This document shows positions 28,633-37,932 of a stretch of DNA of 64,000 nucleotides, in pieces. This stretch comes from Calditrichia bacterium (lineage in GTDB: Bacteria > Calditrichota > Calditrichia > RBG-13-44-9 > J075). The position numbers and the translations under genes are program-made. The stretch covers positions 141,492 through 205,491 of the forward strand of contig JBOEGD010000020.1 of NCBI GenBank assembly GCA_050633245.1. The letters run 5' to 3'. Under the pieces are notes generated by a model, which worked only from the letters and a program-made list of their open reading frames with translations, was not told the origin of the DNA and did not search any database. Each line of letters opens with the position of its first letter. Positions within the stretch are counted from its first letter, which is position 1.

Positions 28633-30288
28633 ATGGCTTCTACTCTAAGGCATGTCATTGCTTGCGTATTGCTATGCTTGCTTTGTTTGCCGTCTCAGGC
28701 CGGATGGCCGACTGAGGCAGACTCAGCCATCTTTGTTGATTTTGGCCTTTTTCCTTACGTCTCGGTAGCTCCAGTTGATCAATCTGTTTTTGTCGTCTAT
28801 ATCTTTAACGGCCGTTTATTTGCAAAGAAATATGATCGCTACGGAGATTCACTTTGGGGAGGAAATCGTGCAACGCTTGGCGACACCACAGAAATGTTTG
28901 GGCGAGTGGTAGGTAATTTACCGAGACAGTGGGGAGCGGTTGTTCCGGATGACAACGGAGGGCTCTACGTGTGCTGGCAAGATTATCGACATTCGCAATA
29001 CAATGGATCAACTCCAATTACTAACGACATCTATATTCAGTATGTAGATTCAAATGGTCTTACAACGATGGGAGCTCATGGAAAGCGATTGAACACTCTT
29101 CAGGATGAATCTCATCTTCTTGGTGATATGAAGACAGACTACCATGGAGGGGTGTTTGTTGGTTTCTCCCGTGACTCTACTTCCTCAATGAGTGTTGTAA
29201 AACGAATTCAGTCAAACGGAACCATCCTCTGGAAAAAATATTTTAACGAAACATCCGCACGTATTGCTGCCACAAGCCCTCAGGGTGATGTATTTGTAAA
29301 TGTCATCGATGGTCTTCCTGGCCGACGCCAAAAACTTGACATTGGGGGAAATGCATTATGGCCAGATACGTTGAGTGGAAGAATACCTACTAGCCCTTCT
29401 TATCCACAAGGACGTGCGTTTGCGAATAACGACGGTGGTGTTTATGGTATTTCCAGAAATGTCTTTGAGGTTCGGTTTAATCATTTTTATTCCGATGGAA
29501 ACCCAATTTTTGGAGAAGATATTATCATTCCGACTACAAATATTCCCAGCTATTACGCTTCCGATAATGATGAGGGGTTTTTCTTTCAAGCGACAGCCCA
29601 TACAAAACCACTTCGTCGAATCCGCAAGAATGGATCGCTTGCCTGGGGTAATGATGTCTTTATTACTCAAGACTCGATGTGGTCTGGAATTAACGGTATT
29701 GAATCGGATCTGGAAGGAGGAATTATCGGCGTTGCTTCAACTGGAATATTTACAAACGGGTCTTTTATGCTTGCGCAACGTCTTGATAGTATCGGGCAAC
29801 ATCTCTGGCAACCCGATGGCGTTATTTTTCATAGTTCACCGCATCAGTTTGAAGGAGCTGCTTCCTCAATTGTTCGCATGGCGTCAGATGGACGTGGAGG
29901 GATTGTTGTTAGCTGGGTATTAAGCTTTCAAGGACTACGAATTTACATCAAACAAATTTCAAAAGATGGCATCATTGGCGATGCGATCACTGGAGTTAAC
30001 AGAGTAGAAGGGAGACTTCCGGAAGAGTTCAGTCTATTTCAGAATTTTCCTAATCCGTTTAATGCAATTACGCAAATTCAATATCAGTTAGAAGGTGCGG
30101 GGAAAGTCACATTGACGGTTTATTCGATTTTAGGTCAAAGGATTCGCACTTTGGTTGAAGCCAATCAACAAAAAGGAACCTATGATGTTTCATTCAATGC
30201 GTTAGGTTTACCCACAGGCATATATTTCTATCAGCTAAATGTAGATAATGTTGTTCGGGGTAATAAAAAGATGCTCATTTTAAACTGA
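28633..30288 (+). CDS. secreted beta-propeller-like protein with C-terminal FlgD-Ig/T9SS-type tail
   Basis: GGAGG Shine-Dalgarno; signal peptide; repeated DxxGG..V.W and QR.DS.G..LW units; QNFPNPFN...KKMLILN. Confidence 0.85.
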   Translation: MASTLRHVIACVLLCLLCLPSQAGWPTEADSAIFVDFGLFPYVSVAPVDQSVFVVYIFNGRLFAKKYDRYGDSLWGGNRATLGDTTEMFGRVVGNLPRQWGAVVPDDNGGLYVCWQDYRHSQYNGSTPITNDIYIQYVDSNGLTTMGAHGKRLNTLQDESHLLGDMKTDYHGGVFVGFSRDSTSSMSVVKRIQSNGTILWKKYFNETSARIAATSPQGDVFVNVIDGLPGRRQKLDIGGNALWPDTLSGRIPTSPSYPQGRAFANNDGGVYGISRNVFEVRFNHFYSDGNPIFGEDIIIPTTNIPSYYASDNDEGFFFQATAHTKPLRRIRKNGSLAWGNDVFITQDSMWSGINGIESDLEGGIIGVASTGIFTNGSFMLAQRLDSIGQHLWQPDGVIFHSSPHQFEGAASSIVRMASDGRGGIVVSWVLSFQGLRIYIKQISKDGIIGDAITGVNRVEGRLPEEFSLFQNFPNPFNAITQIQYQLEGAGKVTLTVYSILGQRIRTLVEANQQKGTYDVSFNALGLPTGIYFYQLNVDNVVRGNKKMLILN

Positions 30289-30304
30289 CAACCGGGGAGG
30301 TTTT

Positions 30305-33300
30305 ATGTTCAGTATTAAGAGGCGCTTTGTTCTGGTGTTACATGTTTTAATCTTTTTAGGGACAAATTCGCTGTTTTCCCAAGAAACAACATTCGAATGT
30401 ACTTTTTCACAGACTCTTACCTCTGAAGATTCCCTGGCAATGCTAGCTGGCGCACCGCTTTACCAGGATACGACATTGCGTGTAGCTTTATTCTTTGTAG
30501 AATTCGCCGATGCTGATTCAAATATTAATGCTCGAGGCAGCGTGGGATGGAGTGATATTGATACATCAATTGCAGTTCCTATGGAAAAAAAGTATCGTCG
30601 TTATCACTACTGGGACATGTTTTTTACAAAGGGAACTTATATTGACGCAAATCCAGCAACTCCACTAATCCACCCGGACCGAGATAGTCACCCAGGTTTA
30701 ACTTTAGCTACATACGGTTCAATGCGGGATTATTATCTCGAAAACAGCAACAATAATCTGGAGGTTTTACCAGCCGTTACTCATCCAAGTTTAACCGATT
30801 CAACATTAAGAAGTGGAATAATTAATCATACAAACTCGACGGATAGCAGTGTTATTTGGGTAAAGTTACCTGGTAGCTTTGCAGATTACAGTGATGGAAA
30901 AGACAATACAGTCATAATGGATGACGCGATTGAATTGGGAGACTCTTTATTCATCGATGGAATACTTGATGTCTCGACGAAAGACTCCAGCGCAATCGAT
31001 CGTGTACTCATATATGTTGCCGGAACAGCAACAGGTGGAAGAGCCTCAAATTTTGATGGTCGCTATTCGGTTTTACGAGAAAAATCGCGACCGGGGCCCG
31101 AGACAAGAGAATATCTAGAAGGCCCGGGAGGTTTTGCTCATGAATTTGGCCATCAGATTGGCCATATTGACTTAAATGATCAAGGTGATTTTGCGAAACC
31201 CGAAGGTGTAGGTTATTTTAGTCTAATGGGTGGAGGAACAGCAGGCGGTCGCACATTTCGTCCAGCTCATTTCGGTGCATGGGAAAAACTGCAAAACGGG
31301 TGGTTAGACTATGACTTCATAGAGTCAGACACCACAAATTATGTAATTCGAGCCTCCTCCGATACGACTCTTTTGACTCCCGCTAAAGCAGCAATTCTTT
31401 ATGGGGCAGATACACTTCCAGGCCCAGAAGATTGGGCTGGGGGTGAAAGAGAGTATTTTATATTAGAGAATCGTACTCCAATCGGCTTTGATGCAACTAT
31501 TGCGTTTGGCGATCAGAGTTTTGCGGGAGGAATGATAGCATGGCATTATCATTCGCCTACGAAGTTTGTCAATGGACATCCTATTCGCGTTATCGAAGCC
31601 GATATTACTGCTAATTTGCTCGAAGGAAATCTAGGAACAACGGATCAAACTAAGACAGATAGAGGAGCTGTCTCAGATTTTTTCCCAGGCACAAACAGTG
31701 TTACTGCGATAGATGATAATACGATACCTTCGTTTAACTTATTCTCAGGGGACTATTCACATTACCGGCTCTCGGGAATTAGTTATAATGCGACAACTCA
31801 GGAAGTAGAGATTGACTCTTTTCTAACCACTAACCTGGTTACAGAAATTACACAAAATACTACCTGGAATCAGAACACGACACTAACCAAAGAGTTGATT
31901 ATTAAAGATAATGCGACTTTAACCATAGAGGCAGGTGTTGTTGTTACAATTGATCCAGCAGTTGTCTCGAACTTACGTATTATCGTTGAAGAAGGCGGGG
32001 ATCTATCGTTAAATGGTACTTCCCAGAATCCGATTGTTTTTGAGGCGACCGCTGATACCAGTAATTCGATATGGCAAGGCATTAGTTTTGAGAAGAACAG
32101 CAGCTACGATCTGTCTCATCTGACAATAAGAAATGCAACAAAAGCGTTAAATTTTGTTGACGCACTTTCAAATAAAACAATTCGTGGCTTAAGAATCACT
32201 AATTGCGTATTTGCATTTACCCTTCCTGCTTCATCAAGTAATACACGACTCGTTAATCTGACGGTTGAAAATGTAGAAGATGGGGGCAATGTAAACGGGA
32301 GTAATATAGAGGTTGATTCATCTGAAATTGTCTTGTCCGCTTTATTTTCAGCTGCGATACCAATAACGATTTCAAACTCAATAATCGACTCTAGTGAAGT
32401 TAAGATTTCAGGCAATGCAGAAAATACTATTGATACCAATATTTTTCAAAAAAATTCTGTATTAACATTAGTAAAAAACGGCGATGGAACTATTAAAAAC
32501 AACAGATTTATTGACGGAAGTAATATAGGATTTAATACTTCTTTTACTACTGTTACGCCAGTAATAAAGAATAATGTTTTTTTCGGTAAAAATAAAAGCG
32601 GAAAGGCCATTGATAATTTTCAGACTGAAATCGAAGTTGTTAATAATACTTTCATCTATTATGAATATGGATTTTTTGCTAGATCAGACAATCCTGATTC
32701 TAAAGTAGAAAACAATATCTTCTATGAAAATGCCAATTCATTTGTAACGACCGGAGATATGTTTTTTAACCTCTTCTATAATGACATTGACCCTACAGGG
32801 CTTGATTCATCGAACATCTTTGCTGATCCACTACTTGTCGATCCGGTAAATGGTGATGTACACCTGATGTCCACATCTCCTGCCATCGATAGCGCAGATT
32901 TTAAGGACGCATTTTCAAATGAACCCGCACCAAATGGTGGACGCCTCAATATGGGGGCCTATGGTAATACCGCTGAAGCAACACTTTCATTTGATTTAAT
33001 TGTTCAAAACAATCTGACTGCTGATGCAACCTGGTCTGGCTCGGTGAATATTCTGGAGTCTGTTTCCACAAGCGGTAACAAATTGACCTTGTCGCCCGGC
33101 ACTCGTGTTCTCTTTGACGACGGTAAAACATTAACTGTTACTGCAACACTTGACGCCGATGGTAAAGCGAGTCTTCCTGTTGCTGATCCTATTCTTTTTA
33201 GCGGATATCGGGAAGCAGATGCAATGGGAGGAGTTTATCTTTATCCATCTTCATCTGATACAGTGACGTTGAACTTTAGTGAGTTTAAGAAGGGTAGCAC

Positions 33301-34921
33301 TGGGTTGTATATTTCCGAATTGGATGGAACACAACATCAGTTTGACAATCTTCTCTTTGAAAACAATACCACAGGATTCTACAGTAGCGAGTCTGACTTC
33401 AGTTTGGTTAACTCAATTCTTACCTCAAATGAAAAGGGTATGGTTGCTGACGGAGGCGATGTAACAATTACTGGAACGGACTTTACAAACAATTCTATTC
33501 AAGGACTGCATCTTTACTACGCAGATTTTGATGTAACCAATTCGACATTTGAATATAATGCGGGACGAGGCGTTTATTTTCAATATAGCAGCAACGGAGA
33601 CTTTACTGATAATACTGTTAGCTATAACGGGAGTGATCCTGGCGAGAGTACCTTGAAAGGTGGAGTCGTTTGTTATCAAAGCTCTCCTTTTTTGGAAGAC
33701 AATGAAATCACCTATAATGATGCCAACGGGATTCTATCACTCAGTTCATCCTATCCGACAATGACAGGAGACGGGTATAACCTGGTAGCGCAAAATGCCG
33801 GTAACTCAGGTACTTCAGCAGCAGAAATATTTGTAGAAGATATTTCTTTTCCAGTTCTTGATCGTGGCAATAATGATATTGCCGATACTACCGGTGGCTA
33901 TTTGATTTACGGAGATGAAGATGAACGTGAGTTCTCTCTCTATATTCGCTATAACTATTGGGGAGAGACAGACTCATCCTCTATTGCCGGTAAGCTGAAT
34001 CGGCCTGGTGGATTAATTTTTTATCCGTTTGACACAAGTAGCAATACAGGCAGTGGCCTTTTTAGCAAAGAAGGGAGCCTCGCTGAAGCCGACTCTACAG
34101 CAGACTTCTTTGAGCGGGGACTTGCAGCAGAACGCGAAGGCAAATACGCCGATGCAGTCGCACACTATGATTCGTTGATCACTTTGTATCCAGCATCTGC
34201 CATGTCAAAACCGGTTATGGACAGGCTCTATCATGTGAAACTCGCAAAGGGTGATACGCCACTCCAGCTCCAAACGTATTACAGCGCATTTATTCCTCAT
34301 ACTGACACAGCACTGGCCACTGTTGCCCAACGTTTAGCCATTCGCAGCCTCACCGCCGGTGGGGACTATCAGGATGCAATCAATGAACACACTACATGGA
34401 GTCTAAATACACATTTTGAGAGCGATTCTATTTACTCTCAGGTAGACATCCTCTCTAACCAGCTGCGCGCTACCGGAACGCCGATTGGAAAAATGAAGGC
34501 GGGTAAAGCAAAGACAAAACACTTGAAGAAGCAACAAGCGTCCTTCGAGGAAACTAGGATTAAAACTGATGCGCTGCTCAGTAGCTTAATACGAAAAGGC
34601 GGTGATGAGGAAGCAGCAGTAATACCGGAGAAATTTAGTCTGGGACAGAATTATCCAAATCCATTTAATCCGACGACAACGATTACCTTCCAGGCACCGA
34701 CTAAGGGCAACATTCAATTAGAAATTTTCAATGTTCTCGGTCAAAAAGTGAAGACGCTATTGAATTCCGATGTTGATGCAGGTGAATACAAACTACTCTG
34801 GGATAGTCGCAATGGAAGCGGAAACCGCGTTGCCAGTGGGCTCTATTTCTACAGAGCATATTTTACTGATGAATCAGGGAAACAAATTGTAAAATCAAAG
34901 AAGATGATTCTGTTAAGATAG
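30305..34921 (+). CDS. secreted M6 (immune inhibitor A-like) metalloprotease with right-handed beta-helix regions, TPR-like segment and FlgD-Ig/T9SS-type tail
   Basis: VEFAD, GSMRDYY.ENS, HEFGHQIGHIDL, FSLMG, AWEKLQNGW, EYFILENR; Asn-ladder repeats; QNYPNPFNP. Confidence 0.88.
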   Translation: MFSIKRRFVLVLHVLIFLGTNSLFSQETTFECTFSQTLTSEDSLAMLAGAPLYQDTTLRVALFFVEFADADSNINARGSVGWSDIDTSIAVPMEKKYRRYHYWDMFFTKGTYIDANPATPLIHPDRDSHPGLTLATYGSMRDYYLENSNNNLEVLPAVTHPSLTDSTLRSGIINHTNSTDSSVIWVKLPGSFADYSDGKDNTVIMDDAIELGDSLFIDGILDVSTKDSSAIDRVLIYVAGTATGGRASNFDGRYSVLREKSRPGPETREYLEGPGGFAHEFGHQIGHIDLNDQGDFAKPEGVGYFSLMGGGTAGGRTFRPAHFGAWEKLQNGWLDYDFIESDTTNYVIRASSDTTLLTPAKAAILYGADTLPGPEDWAGGEREYFILENRTPIGFDATIAFGDQSFAGGMIAWHYHSPTKFVNGHPIRVIEADITANLLEGNLGTTDQTKTDRGAVSDFFPGTNSVTAIDDNTIPSFNLFSGDYSHYRLSGISYNATTQEVEIDSFLTTNLVTEITQNTTWNQNTTLTKELIIKDNATLTIEAGVVVTIDPAVVSNLRIIVEEGGDLSLNGTSQNPIVFEATADTSNSIWQGISFEKNSSYDLSHLTIRNATKALNFVDALSNKTIRGLRITNCVFAFTLPASSSNTRLVNLTVENVEDGGNVNGSNIEVDSSEIVLSALFSAAIPITISNSIIDSSEVKISGNAENTIDTNIFQKNSVLTLVKNGDGTIKNNRFIDGSNIGFNTSFTTVTPVIKNNVFFGKNKSGKAIDNFQTEIEVVNNTFIYYEYGFFARSDNPDSKVENNIFYENANSFVTTGDMFFNLFYNDIDPTGLDSSNIFADPLLVDPVNGDVHLMSTSPAIDSADFKDAFSNEPAPNGGRLNMGAYGNTAEATLSFDLIVQNNLTADATWSGSVNILESVSTSGNKLTLSPGTRVLFDDGKTLTVTATLDADGKASLPVADPILFSGYREADAMGGVYLYPSSSDTVTLNFSEFKKGSTGLYISELDGTQHQFDNLLFENNTTGFYSSESDFSLVNSILTSNEKGMVADGGDVTITGTDFTNNSIQGLHLYYADFDVTNSTFEYNAGRGVYFQYSSNGDFTDNTVSYNGSDPGESTLKGGVVCYQSSPFLEDNEITYNDANGILSLSSSYPTMTGDGYNLVAQNAGNSGTSAAEIFVEDISFPVLDRGNNDIADTTGGYLIYGDEDEREFSLYIRYNYWGETDSSSIAGKLNRPGGLIFYPFDTSSNTGSGLFSKEGSLAEADSTADFFERGLAAEREGKYADAVAHYDSLITLYPASAMSKPVMDRLYHVKLAKGDTPLQLQTYYSAFIPHTDTALATVAQRLAIRSLTAGGDYQDAINEHTTWSLNTHFESDSIYSQVDILSNQLRATGTPIGKMKAGKAKTKHLKKQQASFEETRIKTDALLSSLIRKGGDEEAAVIPEKFSLGQNYPNPFNPTTTITFQAPTKGNIQLEIFNVLGQKVKTLLNSDVDAGEYKLLWDSRNGSGNRVASGLYFYRAYFTDESGKQIVKSKKMILLR

Positions 34922-34980
34922 CAAGATATTATACACCGATGTAAGCAACAGTCGCTAACTTAGGGAATCTCTCCCCCGAA

Positions 34981-35013
34981 ACATCCTGCGTATGAAAAAC
35001 ATACGCGGGGTGT
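34981..35013 (+). terminator. 14-bp RNA hairpin downstream of the M6 gene
   Basis: ACATCCTGCGTATG-AAAAA-CATACGCGGGGTGT pairs fully on the + strand using G-U pairs; a second hairpin with a T run lies at about 35056-35080. Confidence 0.55.
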
Positions 35014-35191
35014 GAAAATTCATCTGTTTAATGACACCGTGTTTTGATCAACCAGAAAGCTCGTTTCTGCGGGCTTTTTAGCAAGTGTTTTCAGGCAGGT
35101 TTTTTGACACCCTATAATTAGATACATAACACATAGCCAATTTACCGTATGTATTCACACGACTCTTCGTGATACTTACTATTCCTGCGCA

Positions 35192-35259
35192 GAAAAAAAG
35201 GCCCGCCGCTGACAGTATGCGGCCACATTCATGGCAGCGTCGGTCAGCAGTCAGGCCTT
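35192..35259 (-). terminator. long terminator-like hairpin ending the iron-module transcript
   Basis: Minus strand GGCCUG(A)CUGCUGAC...GUCAGCGGCGGGCC followed by a U run; G-U pairs favour the minus strand. Confidence 0.7.
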
Positions 35260-35382
35260 GGGGAGTTCGTTGTAATAAATGCCGGCCCCGCCGGCATATT
35301 GTATTCAATCTAAAATTATGTACAACACTGTGCCAGTCCCCCAATGTTGCCAGAGGGAGACTGACGGGGCGTTGTCGCTCTG

Positions 35383-36801
35383 TTAGAGCGAACTCACAAA
35401 GGCAATTAACGCATTTCGATCTGGTCTTGGCAAGTTTTTTACAAAATCTTTCGAGTCCTGTGCTTCTCCACCATGCCACATAATCGCTTCCATCATGTTT
35501 CTGGCACGACCATCGTGTAGAAAAAATGTATGTCCACTAACCAGCTCTGTTAGGCCAATTCCCCAGAGTGGTGGCGTCCGCCACTCCGACCCGGTTGCCT
35601 CAAAGTCCGGACGTCCATCGGCGAGTCCTTCGCCCATATCATGGAGTAGCAAATCGGAATATGGCTGGATCCGTTGATTCGAAACGGACTCAACACCGGA
35701 TAATATGCCGGTTTGCAGCTCAGGCACATGGCATGAAGCACACTTTGCCTGAGTAAAGAGAGCCTCGCCTCTTAATACTTCCGGGTCATCTATGTCTCGC
35801 CTTGCCGGAACTGCCAATGTTTGAGTATAAAACGTGACGGTTTCAAGAAACTCCATGTCGATCTCCGGATCATCCTGGAGTGTGTCTAGCTGGCTTTGGC
35901 CATCCGTGCTTTCCTTAAGAAAAATAGGGCTGGTTATCCCCATATCCTGATGGGCCGCTTCAGCTGTTTGGGTTAACAATGAAGCCGTATTCGCCTTTAA
36001 GCCAAATCGTCCGATCTGAACCGTCTCACTGGCATGATCCCACACGTAATTTGGTCTACCACTAATACCATCGCCATCTGCATCATTCTCGTCTGCGAGT
36101 TGTAGCAGCGTTGCTTCGGGAATGGCCTCCAGCAGGCCTCGCCCAAACACCGCCGGGGCTACTCTTGACGAAATCAATAAACCTGCTGGTAAAGGTTGGT
36201 AGGGGTTAGAAATATTATATGTCGGTTTCCGAAGGCTGTAGCTTTCGCCATCTGGAAATTGAAAGGTCTCTTCCGTCCAGCTGGCGCGAACCTCAGCCTC
36301 GGCGGCGATACCAAAAAGTGATTTGTCTTGCAGCTGAGCTCCAAAACCCGGAACGGGGTTCGGCGCACCGGGAACAGTAGAAGAAACACCGGGCACACTA
36401 ATGCGCAACAGCTGAGATGTTAATTGTTCACCTTCGCCTGCCGGAACGCCACGCCCATCCCGGAAGTGGCAGCCAATACAGGTATTGCCATTGAACACCG
36501 GGCCAAGTCCACTAAACAGTGGTGCCGGTGCTGCAACAAATTCGAATTCGAATGCAGCGTCGCCCTCAAGGTGCTTTTCGAGTTTCACCGCACTTAGGTT
36601 TGATGCAGGGTTGGCAAATGAACGACTATTGGCGATAAATACGGTGGTCTCTCCACCGGATAAATATCGTTTGTCGACGTCCTGTACATCAGATATTGGG
36701 TCTGAGTTCGTTGAACATCCACCGATGAAGAAAACGAATGCCAGGAATAAGGCGCTACTTACATATCTGCAATGATTCATATTAAAGAGCTCTTTTTTCA
36801 T
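35383..36801 (-). CDS. di-heme oxidoreductase (DHOR) family lipoprotein
   Basis: Lipobox FIGGC; two CxxCH motifs (CIGCH, CASCH); GLGP.FN, WRTPPLWG, LHDGRAR. Confidence 0.92.
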   Translation of the reverse strand: MKKELFNMNHCRYVSSALFLAFVFFIGGCSTNSDPISDVQDVDKRYLSGGETTVFIANSRSFANPASNLSAVKLEKHLEGDAAFEFEFVAAPAPLFSGLGPVFNGNTCIGCHFRDGRGVPAGEGEQLTSQLLRISVPGVSSTVPGAPNPVPGFGAQLQDKSLFGIAAEAEVRASWTEETFQFPDGESYSLRKPTYNISNPYQPLPAGLLISSRVAPAVFGRGLLEAIPEATLLQLADENDADGDGISGRPNYVWDHASETVQIGRFGLKANTASLLTQTAEAAHQDMGITSPIFLKESTDGQSQLDTLQDDPEIDMEFLETVTFYTQTLAVPARRDIDDPEVLRGEALFTQAKCASCHVPELQTGILSGVESVSNQRIQPYSDLLLHDMGEGLADGRPDFEATGSEWRTPPLWGIGLTELVSGHTFFLHDGRARNMMEAIMWHGGEAQDSKDFVKNLPRPDRNALIAFVSSL

Positions 36802-36818
36802 GTTGTTTAGGAGGATGC

Positions 36819-37883
36819 CTAGTTTGTTATTAGCGAGCGGAGATCATTTTCCATGGTGCCAACGATCTTGTTGATTGATGCTTGTGCAGCCTCAATTTCG
36901 CTAGTGGCATCCAGGTTGTCACGAAAAGGAAAAGGAATGGCCTGAATAGAAGCGATAGCTGCATTTAGCTCAGAAAGAATTCGAGCATCCAGAGTTGGGT
37001 CTTTCTGATTTACAAATTCGTTCAGACCTGTTCCGGTCACACCATTGTAGTCACCGGTGTAGGCATTTAGGCAGCTGCGCATATTGTTTTCAAAATCGGC
37101 CAGTGAATTAAAGCTAAATTGTGATTCCACGAGAGTAACGTCTTGCTGAGAAAAGGGGTCAGCTATTTTACCATTGGCAACTTCATCGCAAATAATGGAA
37201 ATACCGTCGACAATTTCCAAAACGGCATCGAACTGCGTTTGGTAGCGACTTCCTGGATTGCCGGCATTAATGAATTCACTTGCGAACCCATCCGCCCAGG
37301 CATCGTAAAGACTTTCAGCATCATCAGCAAGAACCTGAGTTGCTGCGGCTAAGTATTCAACTTCACGGGCATCTAAACTGGATACCTGTCGCACAGCTCC
37401 ATCGCGGAAAATAAGAAACTCAATAGTGTGAAACCCCTTGAGTGCATCGCCCAGGCCGTTTGCCACAAAATCTGCTGTTAACGGCTGGCTGCTGGCCAGC
37501 ACATTGTCCAGCTGTGTTCTGTCTACCGGCCAGGAATCGAGAGCCGGATCGAGGCCCTGAATATCGACCGGACCAAAAAGAAACCCTTCACTGGCTTCCC
37601 ATGGCGCGCGCGTTGCAACCCAGGCTGTACCGGCAGCATCGAGGTTGGCCTGAGTTTGATTTGCACTAAATGTTTGCACGGCTGTATTTAATGCCGCTGC
37701 TTCGTCGCGTAAGTCACGATATGTTGCAACGGCAACCTTGTTGGCATATTCGCTAAGAATCGTTGAATAGTCGAAGCTTGGATCGGGGGATGGGCCTGGC
37801 TCAGTTGAGTCTGAACAAGACACTGAAAAAAGCAAAGCGACGCAAAACAGGCTGCTGAAAATACTTGTGTTTCGAAAATTCAT
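36819..37883 (-). CDS. imelysin family (peptidase M75/IrpA-like) iron-regulated lipoprotein
   Basis: Lipobox VSC; W...E...FGP, DSWP and GFHTIE (GxHxxE) motifs. Confidence 0.93.
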   Translation of the reverse strand: MNFRNTSIFSSLFCVALLFSVSCSDSTEPGPSPDPSFDYSTILSEYANKVAVATYRDLRDEAAALNTAVQTFSANQTQANLDAAGTAWVATRAPWEASEGFLFGPVDIQGLDPALDSWPVDRTQLDNVLASSQPLTADFVANGLGDALKGFHTIEFLIFRDGAVRQVSSLDAREVEYLAAATQVLADDAESLYDAWADGFASEFINAGNPGSRYQTQFDAVLEIVDGISIICDEVANGKIADPFSQQDVTLVESQFSFNSLADFENNMRSCLNAYTGDYNGVTGTGLNEFVNQKDPTLDARILSELNAAIASIQAIPFPFRDNLDATSEIEAAQASINKIVGTMENDLRSLITN

Positions 37884-37932
37884 ATAATGTTCTCCTTGGA
37901 AATTATGTACTGTTATTGTGTTAGGTTCGCGT

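Larger units (their letters stand above)
27775..34921 (+). mobile_element. possible integrated islet: recombinase plus two secreted-protein genes downstream of purA
   Basis: Recombinase with cognate-looking sites; cargo visibly AT-richer than secDF/purA; no att direct repeats found. Confidence 0.4.

Noticed and set aside
27889-34921. Classical integron or XerC/XerD
   Set aside because: The protein lacks the IntI-specific insertion and the Xer N-terminal domain, no attC-like sites lie between the cargo genes, and the cargo is downstream and co-oriented.
35192-35380. Cobalamin riboswitch, 6S RNA or SRP RNA
   Set aside because: B12-box, SRP GGAA-loop motif and a clear 6S central bubble were not recognisable; kept only as an unassigned structured RNA.
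35078-35483. Overlapping 133-aa and 104-aa ORFs
   Set aside because: Atypical composition; better explained by GC-rich structured RNA and overlap with the DHOR 3' end.
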